Source: Macrostomum lignano
Taxonomy: Eukaryota
Length of the DNA stretch: 64,000 bases
Reading direction: 5' to 3'
NCBI GenBank assembly: GCA_002269645.1
Contig: NIVC01000914.1
Coordinates: 1 to 64,000 of the forward strand
Position 1 is the first letter of the stretch, and the number at the start of each line of letters is the position of its first letter. Of this stretch, positions 1-11,548 are shown piece after piece. Made by a program: the position numbers and the translations under genes. The notes below the pieces were generated by a model that saw only the letters and a program-made list of their open reading frames with translations, was not told where the DNA came from and ran no database searches.

Positions 1-231
1 GTTGTCTTACAGTCAGTTGTCTTACAGTCAGTTGTCTTACAGTCAGTTGTCTTACAGTCAGTTGTCTTACAGTCAGTTGTCTTACAGTCAGTTGTCTTGC
101 AGTCAGTTGTCTTACAGTCAGTTGTCTTACAGTCAGTTGTCTTACAGTCAGTTGTCCTGCAGTCAGTTGTCTTACAGTCAGTTGTCTGACAGTCAGTTGT
201 CTTACAGTCAGTTGTCTTACAGTCAGTTGTC
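1..231. repeat. 15-bp tandem repeat (GTTGTCTTACAGTCA)n, truncated by window start
   Basis: About 15 near-perfect copies read directly; the ORF 2..295 (SYSQL)n is its translation. Confidence 0.95.
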
Positions 232-599
232 ACAGGCAATTGCCGTAGAACCGTCATGGACAGCTGAATTAGGACGCTGCGCTAGATTTTCTTAGAAATT
301 ATCTGGAGGCTTGGTAATAAGATCGTATCGCTGGCGCATTTACACGCTTTTCCAGCCAATTTTAATCAGAGTCGTATTCTGTTTAGGAAAAAGAATACAT
401 TCAATTTCTCAGTTCTATAGTTATCAAGCCATGTTATCCAAGCCATGTTCACATCACATGGCTTGGACCACAATACGCCAGGGCCACAGCGCTACAACCC
501 TATGGCCAGACCGCCGCCAAACATTGACAACGCCAATATTGCCAGTGTGTCTGCTAGCCAGTCAACATTGTCAGTCAGTCAGCATTCTGACACCTCGGC

Positions 600-1090
600 G
601 CCCTGGTGATGAACCCGACTGGAGGAACCAGGCCTGGCGCACGTAGCAACTCAGCTGCAGGAGACGACTTGAAGGTGCGCCTGTTCCGCGCGGTCGTACA
701 GCCGACTCTCTTCTACTACGGCATGGAGGCTGTGCCACCGACCGTCACGCGAGAGCGGGCCCTGGACGTGCTCTACCGATCGCTACTGCGCAACGCACTG
801 GGCGTGCTCTAACCGGAGCGCCTGCCGACTAATGCTCTGGTGAGTCGTGACCCACGCTGGAGCCCCGACCCTGAGCGCTACCCTGCGCCGGCGCCGTCAA
901 ATGCTGGTGGGTCACTGCTTCAGGACCTTAGCCGCGGTGCGCCCGTCCCTCTGACCCTGGCTGAACCGGCCGACCGAGCAACTGTGCAGCGGCCAGGCCC
1001 GCACTGCACTCTGACAGACAGTCTCATCGATGACTTGCAGGCCCTCTGCGTCCTGCTCTCAGGAGTCAGCGGAATGGGAATAATTGCCTC
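600..1090 (+). mobile_element. Degenerate 3' fragment of a non-LTR retrotransposon (RTE-like LINE, post-RT region)
   Basis: ORF 606..812 reads LKVRLFRAVVQPTLFYYGMEAVPPTVTRERALDVLYRSLLRNALGV, which resembles the C-terminal RT/thumb region of RTE-clade LINEs (K.RLF.A.V...L.YG.E). It is frameshifted downstream and ends at a (TATC)n tract. Confidence 0.65.
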
Positions 1091-1099
1091 AGCGCTGGT

Positions 1100-1510
<411 letters not shown>

Positions 1511-1803
1511 AACTATCGAGATTCACTGAAAAGCCTCAAGCTACAGATATAAATCTATTTTCCTAAAAAGCCCCCTCCACGGTCAGACACTTCTCCATGT
1601 GATATCGTCATCTCGCCAGATCGTTCGCGTAGAATGCTGGGGTCCGCGCTTTCTTGGCAGCCTCTTTGCTGTCATATCGAACCCCCTTGGTTTCTTTCTT
1701 CAATTTTGGGGGTCGTTTCACAACCCCCCAAGCTCAATCATATAAACCATTTTATTAGAGCTTGTCGCACAAAATATCAGTTTTCAAGCAAAGCTGCAAG
1801 TCG

Positions 1804-3579
1804 TCAAACATCTTGACTTTCACGGAGACAGTCAAGCCGGGATGCGGTCAGCTCAATAACAATTAGAGCCACGACAAGAAGGGCCAGGACGCTCATAAAC
1901 AGCACAAAGAAGCATCTGTCGGCGGCCAGAGCCACAATACGCCATTCGTTACACCGATCGGACTCGGCCGCGCGATTTGCGTCCGCAACTCGTTCGGATC
2001 GATCTGAATTTGGCTGGAATTCCCGACTTGGGCCTGCAAATGGCCAGAGCGGGATTTTTCTAAAGCATGTGGGGCCTTTTTGAATGAGTTAAAATGCTTG
2101 TCGAGAGTCACTCTCACGCAGTTTCCAATTTGCCCTTCAGGACGAATCGATTGAGAAAGAGCGCCCGAACGGCTTTGTTGTCCACGAGAGTGTCGGCTTG
2201 CTGTCGCAGATGGCAGCCCAGAACGAAAACGTTGCCGAGTACGTTCGCCATTGTCATGACAACAGCCAGGCTGTAGTAACCCGCTGTAGTCGGAGACAGT
2301 TATGGTTAATAAAGAAAAAAATAATGAAAATTGTAAACGAAATGACACTCACTAAGCAGGGGAACGGACTCGCTCTGAGTTGGAGTATAGTTGCCAGAGA
2401 GCTGCAGGAACACGCACATGGACAGCACAATGGTGACGCTGAATGACACTCGCTCACCGCACTCTGGCGGCAGTCGGAAGGTGAGAGCGGAGATGGCGAG
2501 CAGCAAGATGCTGGCAGGATGAGGTTCACCAAATAGAATGTAGATCTTCTCTACAATACAACCAGATCACTCGTTAATTAATTAATTTTGAATCGAACCA
2601 ACTACCTTGACCCACTAGTTATTAACCGCAGAGGCAACTCTGAGTTAGCACTATACCTGAAATGTGACACTGAACTCAATGTAGGCGTAGGTAGTCATGT
2701 CCCTCATTCTGTTGCTCATCCGGAGCAGACAGTACTCGTTGCTCTCTGTGAGAAACGTCGTCACAGTGTCGCTTGGATTTAGTGAACCAATTTGCAGAGC
2801 GACGCTCTCGGTGATCATGATGTTGGCCAGCTTCAGGACGCAAGTCTGCCTGTCGTACGGGAAGTTCAGCAGCTTTAGCTGACACTTCGAGGTTACATTG
2901 ACTTCGACTATTTGGTGCACTCTACCGTTGCTGAAAACCTTTGCGGGCGATTTACCGGCGGTCAAGTCCTTAACTTCTATGCTGGAATGGCAGCGGAACG
3001 CGTGTCGATAATTTATAAAAAGATAAAACTTTGTAATGGATTAGAGTTGTCTTACACGTCATAAAATGTGACATCCGGTTGCCAGATCATATTCACGGGA
3101 ACAATTATGCTTTTCACCTGGTCATAGCTGGAATTAAATTTTCCAAGCCACGATAACCGTTGGTCTATCCAGTTCTGAAGTGTAATAAACTTGAAAATTA
3201 AACTAATAACTTCTCATACATTAGATAAAAACTATAAAACTAATTGTGAAATTGTCAAACCATCGATAGCCAAAGTTGCTGAGTCAGATGCTGCGCCGTT
3301 GAGTCCTGAAGAGTAAAAGTTTTGAATAACCAGATCGCGTGAATGACAAATTGATTGACGCTGTCTCACCATTTTGACCAGGCTCGCAAACAGGACAAAA
3401 GCGTTGATTAGGTTGGCGGTGCCATTGTCAGGGGGCGGCCGGGCTCCAGCTACGTAGACTCCGCCCGAGGTCAATCCGAGACCACGCATCAAAACTTCGT
3501 CCGGCGAAGGCGCGAACCCATCTGTCAGGTTGCAGGTGCAGCAGAGAGCCAGAGGGAAAATCACTGGGATGACGCGCAT
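1804..3579 (-). CDS. Cys-loop ligand-gated ion channel subunit A (nAChR-like, non-alpha), 7 exons, about 439 aa if a 1-nt deletion in exon 5 is corrected
   Basis: Exons 3579-3370, 3305-3261 (45 nt), 3174-3056, 2981-2657, 2550-2353, 2283-2118, 2059-1804, all GT-AG. Motifs: signal peptide, WIDQRLSW, IWQPDVTFYD, Cys-loop C-QLKLLNFPYDRQT-C, M2 [23 protein letters not shown]4 EWRIVALAADRCFFVLF. Summed length is 1319 nt, one short of a codon multiple. Confidence 0.88.
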
Positions 3580-4038
3580 CGCAGTAATGAATCGACTGGT
3601 CAGGATTGGCAGCTTAAAGAGTCCGCCGCTGTCTGCTTTTAGTTCAACTAAATGGGCTTATTTGCCACCAGTCTGGGGAGAGGCAAGCATATTTACACGG
3701 CTAAAGTTTGATGAAAATGGCCACCTGACTTAATAAGCGAACCAATGGCTTGCATTGTAGTCCGGGTTTCGACCGGTACCGCGGTTTCCACTTCCAATAG
3801 ACCAGCTGGTGAGCTAGGCTATAGAGGCTCACATTAAATGACAGTTATTTGCTGAAACAGTTTTGCAGGTTTCTCCGAAGTGAAGAGTAACTACGAGCGT
3901 ATTGACTCAGTAGCAGCTTCACTTGCATGTAGAGCAGCGCCAACCATAGAAACGAATTATTCATATTGCGTACTGCATAAATTTCCACAAAAGTGGAAAT
4001 GACATAACACAGCATGTAAAGTATTGCGTTCGAGTTGG

Positions 4039-4290
4039 GGGGCCGTAGCCCAGCGGTAGCGCAGCTGCTCTGGTGTGCCAGCGACCCAGGCTCGATTCCA
4101 AGTGCAGTCACATTAATTTGGGGCTGAATTGGAATCTCGGCTTGGCTCTGCTCGTGCAATTAACGGCCTTGAGAGCCAACCCCCCAAGGCGCAGTGAAGT
4201 GTACATGCCTAACGATAATATAAAGTTAGGGCCGCTGTACACTCCTGTGTGAGTGTGTGCCTGCGTACGTATCCGCGCGCTTGTATGCCT
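4039..4290 (+). mobile_element. tRNA-derived SINE-like element, family 1
   Basis: Head GGGGCCGTAGCCCAGCGGTAG...GGCTCGATTCC has Pol III A- and B-box-like motifs. The body (CATTAATTTGGGGCT...GAGAGCCAACC...TACATGCCTAACGATAA) recurs at about 8865-8990 and 29540-29690. Confidence 0.55.
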
Positions 4291-4425
4291 GCTCAGGGGA
4301 GTCGACGGAATGGACAGTAATGCCTCTCGCCGGTTGTGTGCCTATGTCGCTTAAAGTGCGCCAGGGTGCACATAACCCCCATGCCTCTAATAAAAAAATT
4401 GCGGTCGAGTTGCCACACTATGAAG

Positions 4426-4833
4426 TTATAAAGTGAAACGAGGGATATATGGAAACAGTTTGCAAGAGTTATGAGGCATATTGAACAGCAGAATAGAATC
4501 AACCATGGACAACAACACTAGTACAACCTCTGTCTTCATGTCTTCAATCGGCACATTGCACTCGATTTTCAACTCTTGAAGCCAACGGTTACACACTCCA
4601 ACGGCCCACTTGTTTCGCTTAAGAGTATTCGGCGACTTTGTGTTCAGGTTCAGATCTCTAATGTTGTCCAAGTTGCCGCGATTAACATTCTGATCACGCT
4701 GATCTAGCCCTTCTGCCGAAAGCTGATTAGGGTCGTAGTCTCCAGCGAAGTCTTCACTGAAGTCAACTTCAGTTGGTTTAAAATATAACTTTCTTCCATT
4801 TTTCCTTGCCAGTAAGCTTAGACTTTGCTTCAA
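4426..4833 (-). mobile_element. Possible Crypton/DUF3504-type transposon N-terminal fragment
   Basis: The ORF contains KSPNTLKRNKWAVGVCNRWLQE...PIEDM, resembling the NT.....WAV..F..W helix upstream of DUF3504 tyrosine-recombinase domains. Similarity recalled, not searched; no catalytic domain visible. Confidence 0.35.
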
Positions 4834-5279
4834 GATCAGTCATGGGTTAAAGCCGAGTTAAAGGAGAGGGAGACAGACTAAACAATGCGAATCTCTTTTA
4901 TGTCTATGGTCTCATGTCTTTTCTATCTTCTCAATTAAATACCGTCTTTTCACGTCCAGTAAAATCAAGTTGAAATGTATTCCGATAACTCCCACAAAAT
5001 GAAAGTGGTTTAAAATAATATGTGTGCCATACGTGTAGTTTTGAGGTTGGTATGAATTTCAGTCCCGAGAGCCGGCCGAAACCTCTCGGAAAATGGACTT
5101 CAACATGGTTTAATGGGAGCTTGTAGAGGCGCCACTAGAGAGTAATTCGACACCAAAATTAGTTCCATTAATATTTCGGATAGTATAGAATTTTTTAGAA
5201 AAAAACTAAAACAATTGAAAACTGCGTATTCTGATGTTGCCTTTTTGATTGTTAAATCTTTAATTGACTTGATTTAGCT

Positions 5280-5460
5280 TCAGGAGGTTCCGGGCATCCG
5301 GGTACAGTGGGGAGGCGTCGCCGACCATTTTGCTAACCCCTGGCGACCACGGGCAGCTAGTGCTGCGGTGTCGCGCAGGGAGATCCGGTGGTGCCGGTGT
5401 CCGCAGCGCAGTCCCCCTCCCGAGAGTCCAGAAGGTGGATGGTCGCTCACCCGGTAGCTC
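5280..5460 (-). repeat. Dispersed repeat, inverted partner of 7535-7725
   Basis: The reverse complement matches 7535-7725, including the shared CTGCGCGACACCGCAGCACTAGCTGCCCGTGGTCGCCAGGGGTTAGC. Confidence 0.8.
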
Positions 5461-5600
5461 TAGTTAGCAGACTAACTAGACTAACTAGTAATCAAACACT
5501 GACTGCGCTTAGTCAGACCCTAATCAGACCTTAGTTATGACCATCAGTAAGTACGAGTAAAGTTGTAAAGATAGGCTTGTATGCACTTATGGATGGATGC

Positions 5601-8600
5601 TTAGGCACCCAGACAATCGCTCCTGGAGACGGAGGTTTCAACAACTAGGAGGGCGATGGCGAGAGACATTGTGGCAGCCAGCATGACCAGGAAGAAGCAG
5701 CTGTCTGCCGCAGATGCCACGATCGCGAATTCGTTTTCCAAAACTCCCCGATCGTCCGGAGTTGGCCCGACAGTTTTTCTGTCGTTGCTGATTCCGCAGA
5801 GCGCCAGCCGGTTGAGAAACAGCAGGCGAATGGCTCGGCTTTGAACGCGCGACTCGCTGAACTGTCGATAATGACAGCTCAGGACGAAAGCGTTGCCAAC
5901 TACGGTTAGAATTGTCATGGCAACCGCCATGCTGTAGTAACAGGCTGCAATTGTTTAATTGTGGTTGTGAATACATGCGTCCATGACATACATCAGGGGT
6001 CGACAAACTCCTGACCGCAAAGCCTCTCTATCCGGCCCTCGGATCCTTTGAAACTTCACAATGCCTCCGGCTCGCTCAAGGTTTGTCTCTTCTCTTCTCT
6101 CTCTATTTTTCTCCACTTTACTCTACTCCACTCTACTCTACTCTACTCTACTCTACTCTACTCCACTCCACTCCACTCCACTCCACTCCACTCCACTCCA
6201 CTCCACTCCACTCCACTCCACTCCACTCCATTCCTCTCCTCTCCTCTCTTCTCCTCTACTCTCCCCTACTCTCGTCTCCTCTCCTTCTCTTCTCTCTTCT
6301 CCACTCCTCTCTCCTCTCTTCCTCGCTCCTGCCATGCGCTAGATTCTCTATCTGGCCTTTGAGAATAAAAGTGTACCGACCCCTAGCATAAATGGAACAG
6401 TAAGCTGTAAAATACCAGCACGCTTACTAAGCAGGGGAACGGACTCGCTCTGAGTTGGAGTGTAGTTGCCAGTGAGCTGCAGAAACACGCACATTGACAG
6501 CACAATGGTGACGCTGAACGAGACTCGCTCGCCGCACTCTGGTGGCAGTCGAAAGGTGAGAGCGGAGATGGCGAGCAGCAGAATGCTGGGCAGGATGAGG
6601 TTCACTACGTAAAACTTGGACATGCGCTGTTGATAAAAAGTGAATTCTGTTTTATGCTTGGCTTCTGTCGTGAGAGCTTTCTTAAATAATCCAACCTGAG
6701 CAATATGGAAGAGCAAACTTGACAGCAAACAGAATCAAAAGTCTCCGGCAAACTTACCTGAAAGCTCACTAAAAACTCAGCGTACTCGTAGCCCACAGCT
6801 GGCACTATACGGAGACTCAAATTCGCAATGCAAAATTCATTGCTCTTGACCAGAAACTCGACCAGCGCTTCGTCCAGAGCTTTTCCGCGCGGCTCAACAT
6901 TCAGCTTGATCTTCTCCGGTCGCTGCATCATCGTGGCCGCTTTGATGATGCAGACCTGCTTATCGTACGGAAAGTGCAGCATTGACATTCCGCACTTCAG
7001 AGTCACTACTTGACCAACTGTGCGCAGGACTTTGCCGCTGCGTTCCAACAGCGCTGGCGCGACTGCAGCGGTGATGTCTTTCACCTCCATTCTGCGCGGT
7101 TCGGTAGGTGCAAAAGGGTGGGAGCGAAATATGAAAATGACTCTTTTGGTGACTATTTGTAGATACTAAAATCGATCACCCCCCACACACACGTGTGTCG
7201 TTGTCACCACTCGGATCAACCAGTGGGTGGCTTTTAAGCACCGGGAGAGGTGGGCTAACGCCCACGACTGCCGGCAATCCCGCGCGGTTGTCCCCTGTCC
7301 TTCCTCAGCCCTGTGCAGGGCCCTGCTTGGACTCAACCGCAGGGACATCAGGGCGGTGACCACCTCTCGGGACATGGCTGTTTTGCCAGGCATCGCCACC
7401 TCCAGGGAAAAATCAGCGGTGAAGAATGTCCATTCTGCATCTCGGCCCAAACCCGGACATCTCCAATGTTTTCTCCTCTCGGACATCTCGGACATCTCGG
7501 ACATCTCCTCTGCCAGCTCGTCCGCTACCTAAGGGCTACCGGGGGGGGGGGTGACAATCCACCTCCTGGACTCTCCGGAGGGGGACCGCTCTGCGGACAC
7601 CGGCACCTCCGGAACTCTGCGCGACACCGCAGCACTAGCTGCCCGTGGTCGCCAGGGGTTAGCGAAATTGGCGGCAACACCTGCATCCGGATGCACGGAG
7701 CCCCCTGCAGCTGAGTCTAAGTCTAAGTCTAATGGAGGCGTGGCGCAGAAGGATGGATAGGTGCATTCGACTTAAGCGAGATTACGTTGTGTCCGAGGCG
7801 CACGCACAGACTTATCAAGCTAGCTTTCCGTGTGAAATGCTACTAAAATAGCTAGCTGAGATAGGCATTTTCCAAACGCATTATGTGTTGTACTCGTAAG
7901 ACACACGAACTCGAATGGTATCTCGAACAAATCTTCAAGTTTAGCCACATTTTGCCTAGTTCGAGCCTCGGGTAGAATTCACCACCGCTGTCGCCTCTGT
8001 GTCCTTGATTTCTTGATGTTGATCAGCGGTCAGTTCAACTAGACTCGATGTGTCGTGACTCTCTTGGTGTCTCTTGTCGAAAGCCCCCGGCCCTAGATCC
8101 AAGTCCGCTCCCCAGTTCGACTGGTGTTTGGTGAAACCCCGAAAAACCCGAAAGTCTCAAAAATTTGTCTATGGTTAGAATACGGGGGCTTCGCTCCCCC
8201 CACCCCAACGGACGCTAGCAGCCGAAACTATCTATGGTAAAGATCGTACTACAAATATGTCTATGGCCTTTGGCAGCTATCAATATCGTCTGCCAATTCC
8301 TCCTCACACATCGTAGAACGCAACATCCGGCATCCAGATTCGTTCTACCGGCACCAGAATGTTGCTAGTTGAATTTGCGGTGGCATTGACTTTGTCCATC
8401 CATGACAGTCGGCTGTCAAGCCATTCCTGCAATGCAGTATAGACAGAGCTAGTATGAGAACATATATGACTGTTTTATTGTAAACTTATTCTCACCAGAG
8501 ATAGCCATAGTTGCAGTATGATCTCTTGTGCAGATGAGTCCTGAGAGTTGAAAAAAAATTATAATTCAATTAGGGAGAAGCAGGTAAGAGCAACCATGAC

Positions 8601-9590
8601 TACAAATCTAACGCCGCTCAATATTAGGCCTTCGCCATGAATTGTACCTACGACAAAGTCAATCATCTGGAGTGACCTCACAGTATCATCAAATCGCATA
8701 CGTTGTACCACTTTGCGATTGCCTCTCTGCGGCTACTTCATCGGTACTGTAAAGCTTTGCTCGAACTTCATTTAGAAATAAAATCCGCTGTTCTGTCTAA
8801 GCCACTCACAGGTAAATGTGTCTGACTCTTGCGCTACGACCCCTGGTTTAATTACGTATTTAATTACATTAATTTGGGGCTAAAATTTTACTGGGGTTGT
8901 CATGTGATTTACTCCCATGAGGGCCAACCACCAACGCACAGAGAGTGTAAATGCCTGATGACTAGAAAGTCAGGGTCATGTGTGACAGCGTGTGCTCATG
9001 CCTGATGACTAGAAAGTCAGGGTCATGTGTGACAGTGTGTGCTCATGCCTGATGACTAGAAAGTCAGGGTCACGTGTGACAGTGTGTGCTCATGCCTGAC
9101 GACTAGAAAGTCGGGGTCACGTGTTACAGTGTGTGCTCATGCCTGATGACTAGAAAGTCAGGGTCATGTGTGACAGTGTGTGCTCATGCCTGACGACTAG
9201 AAAGTCGGGGTCACGTGTGACAGCATGTGCTCATGCCTGACGACTAGAAAGTCAGGGTCAGCACTGGTACTTAGGACGATGTCGCGGAAAGCGAAGGCGT
9301 GGAGACGGTCCCTGCTGCAAAAATTCATCCATATAATTCATAAAGCGTCATAGCAAGCGACGGTTTTTGCTCACCACCTTCACCAGGCTGTTTAGCTGAA
9401 TAAACACTGTCACGATATTTGCCTGCCCGTTGTCAGGCGGTGGCCGAGCATCCCTGTTGTAGGAACCGTTGCGCAGACCCAGCAGGTGCATCGCCAGATC
9501 GTCGAATGAAGCTTTGTCAGACTGTGATGTCGACTGCGACGGGAGTGTGACGAAGCTAACGGCAAAAGTGATAATATGAAGAATGTTCAT
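5601..9590 (-). CDS. Cys-loop ligand-gated ion channel subunit B (nAChR-like, non-alpha), 6 exons, 418 aa
   Basis: Exons 9590-9375, 8540-8496 (45 nt), 8426-8308, 7091-6758, 6626-6428, 5944-5601, all GT-AG with consistent phases (1257 nt). Motifs: [35 protein letters not shown]2 [19 protein letters not shown]4 [16 protein letters not shown]. Confidence 0.93.
6113..6320. repeat. (CTCTA/CTCCA)n pentanucleotide repeat in channel B intron 5
   Basis: Read directly. Confidence 0.95.
7535..7725 (+). repeat. Dispersed repeat, inverted partner of 5280-5460, inside channel B intron 3
   Basis: See 5280-5460. Confidence 0.8.
8865..9262 (+). repeat. SINE family 1 body followed by a 47-bp minisatellite (GCCTGATGACTAGAAAGTCAGGGTCATGTGTGACAGTGTGTGCTCAT, about 6.5 copies)
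   Basis: 8865-8950 matches the body of 4039-4290; units begin at 8953, 9000, 9047 and so on. Confidence 0.8.
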
Positions 9591-10345
9591 GTCTAGTTAC
9601 GGCTAATGAATTTCTGGCTTTCAATTTCGTTGAGTTGGTGAGCCAAAAGCAGTTGGAAGCTGGCGAGAATGGGATAAAAGTAAAACGATTCTGTATTTGC
9701 TTACAGCTGAAACCTCTTCCCCAACCAATATCCGCAAGTGGCATTTAGCATCCCTCATGAACCCACTGCAAACGGCTATGCCACATGCTAGGCAAATAAT
9801 GGTTGGCAAACAGAGGTGAAACACTCCGCCGAGAGCTATGCTACCGGAGTAACACAGATCGGTAGACCGAGACAATCGAGGTTACCGGATCAAATTAGCT
9901 ATTCAATCAGTTTCATTGTAACTTTTCAGCACTTCAGTCTTCAATTCAGTTCGGCTAAACCAGTTTGCCCTTCATTGGCCACATTGAAGAACGGAATGCA
10001 GCCCTGCTATCAAAATTTGCTGTGGCTGCTAAATTTCTAAGTTAGAAACAGTTGCCTGTTTGGATCGATTGCTGCAATATACACCCAGTAGTGTACAATG
10101 GAGGCACTTCAGCTTCTACTCGAAAGAAATCGAACTTGTTGACATTCCACACTTGACTGGTTTGGTTTCACCTCTTCTTTTTCAATTTTTCCCTGCGACT
10201 ACTCGAAACATCCGTCTATATCGTCGGGAAGTGCAACCGCCAACAAACGGAAATGAGACCGCCAAAACGATTGGCACTTGCGACTTGTTTTTGTTTTAGA
10301 CTCGTTAGCAGTGTTGGACAGCGTTATTAAAAAAGTCTAATTCCG

Positions 10346-11232
<887 letters not shown>

Positions 11233-11235
11233 ACC

Positions 11236-11548
11236 GACAGTACGACTCGCCGCTGCTGATGTGGCCTGCAAGCTGGATTCGCCCACGGCGCAACAGATCG
11301 ATTGGACGGACCGGGCTGGCGCGGCGATACAGTGCCTCGTTGGAAATTCGTCGCTTGTCGCAGATCTTGAAGGCGGTGCGCAGCATCCACTTGTTGCTTC
11401 AGCGAGTCCGTCAGCGTCCAGGTCTCAGCGTTGTACAGCAGGACGGTCTCGACCACCGCCTGGAACAGCGCTGCCCTCTGGCGGTCAGACAGGGCCTCGG
11501 ACTGCAGGACTGCCCTCACGGAACGGAAGGCAGCCCAGGCAATGAATT
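11236..11548 (-). mobile_element. RTE-like LINE fragment
   Basis: Translation [55 protein letters not shown] is typical of the post-RT region of RTE elements (YxxETW). Confidence 0.75.

Noticed and set aside
4039-4112. Possible tRNA gene, likewise at 56281-56350
   Set aside because: A and B boxes are present, but no clean acceptor stem and no T-run terminator; both continue into repeated SINE bodies.
7166-7760. GC-rich ORFs in channel B intron 3
   Set aside because: No recognisable domain; partly overlaps a dispersed repeat, so probably TE-derived.
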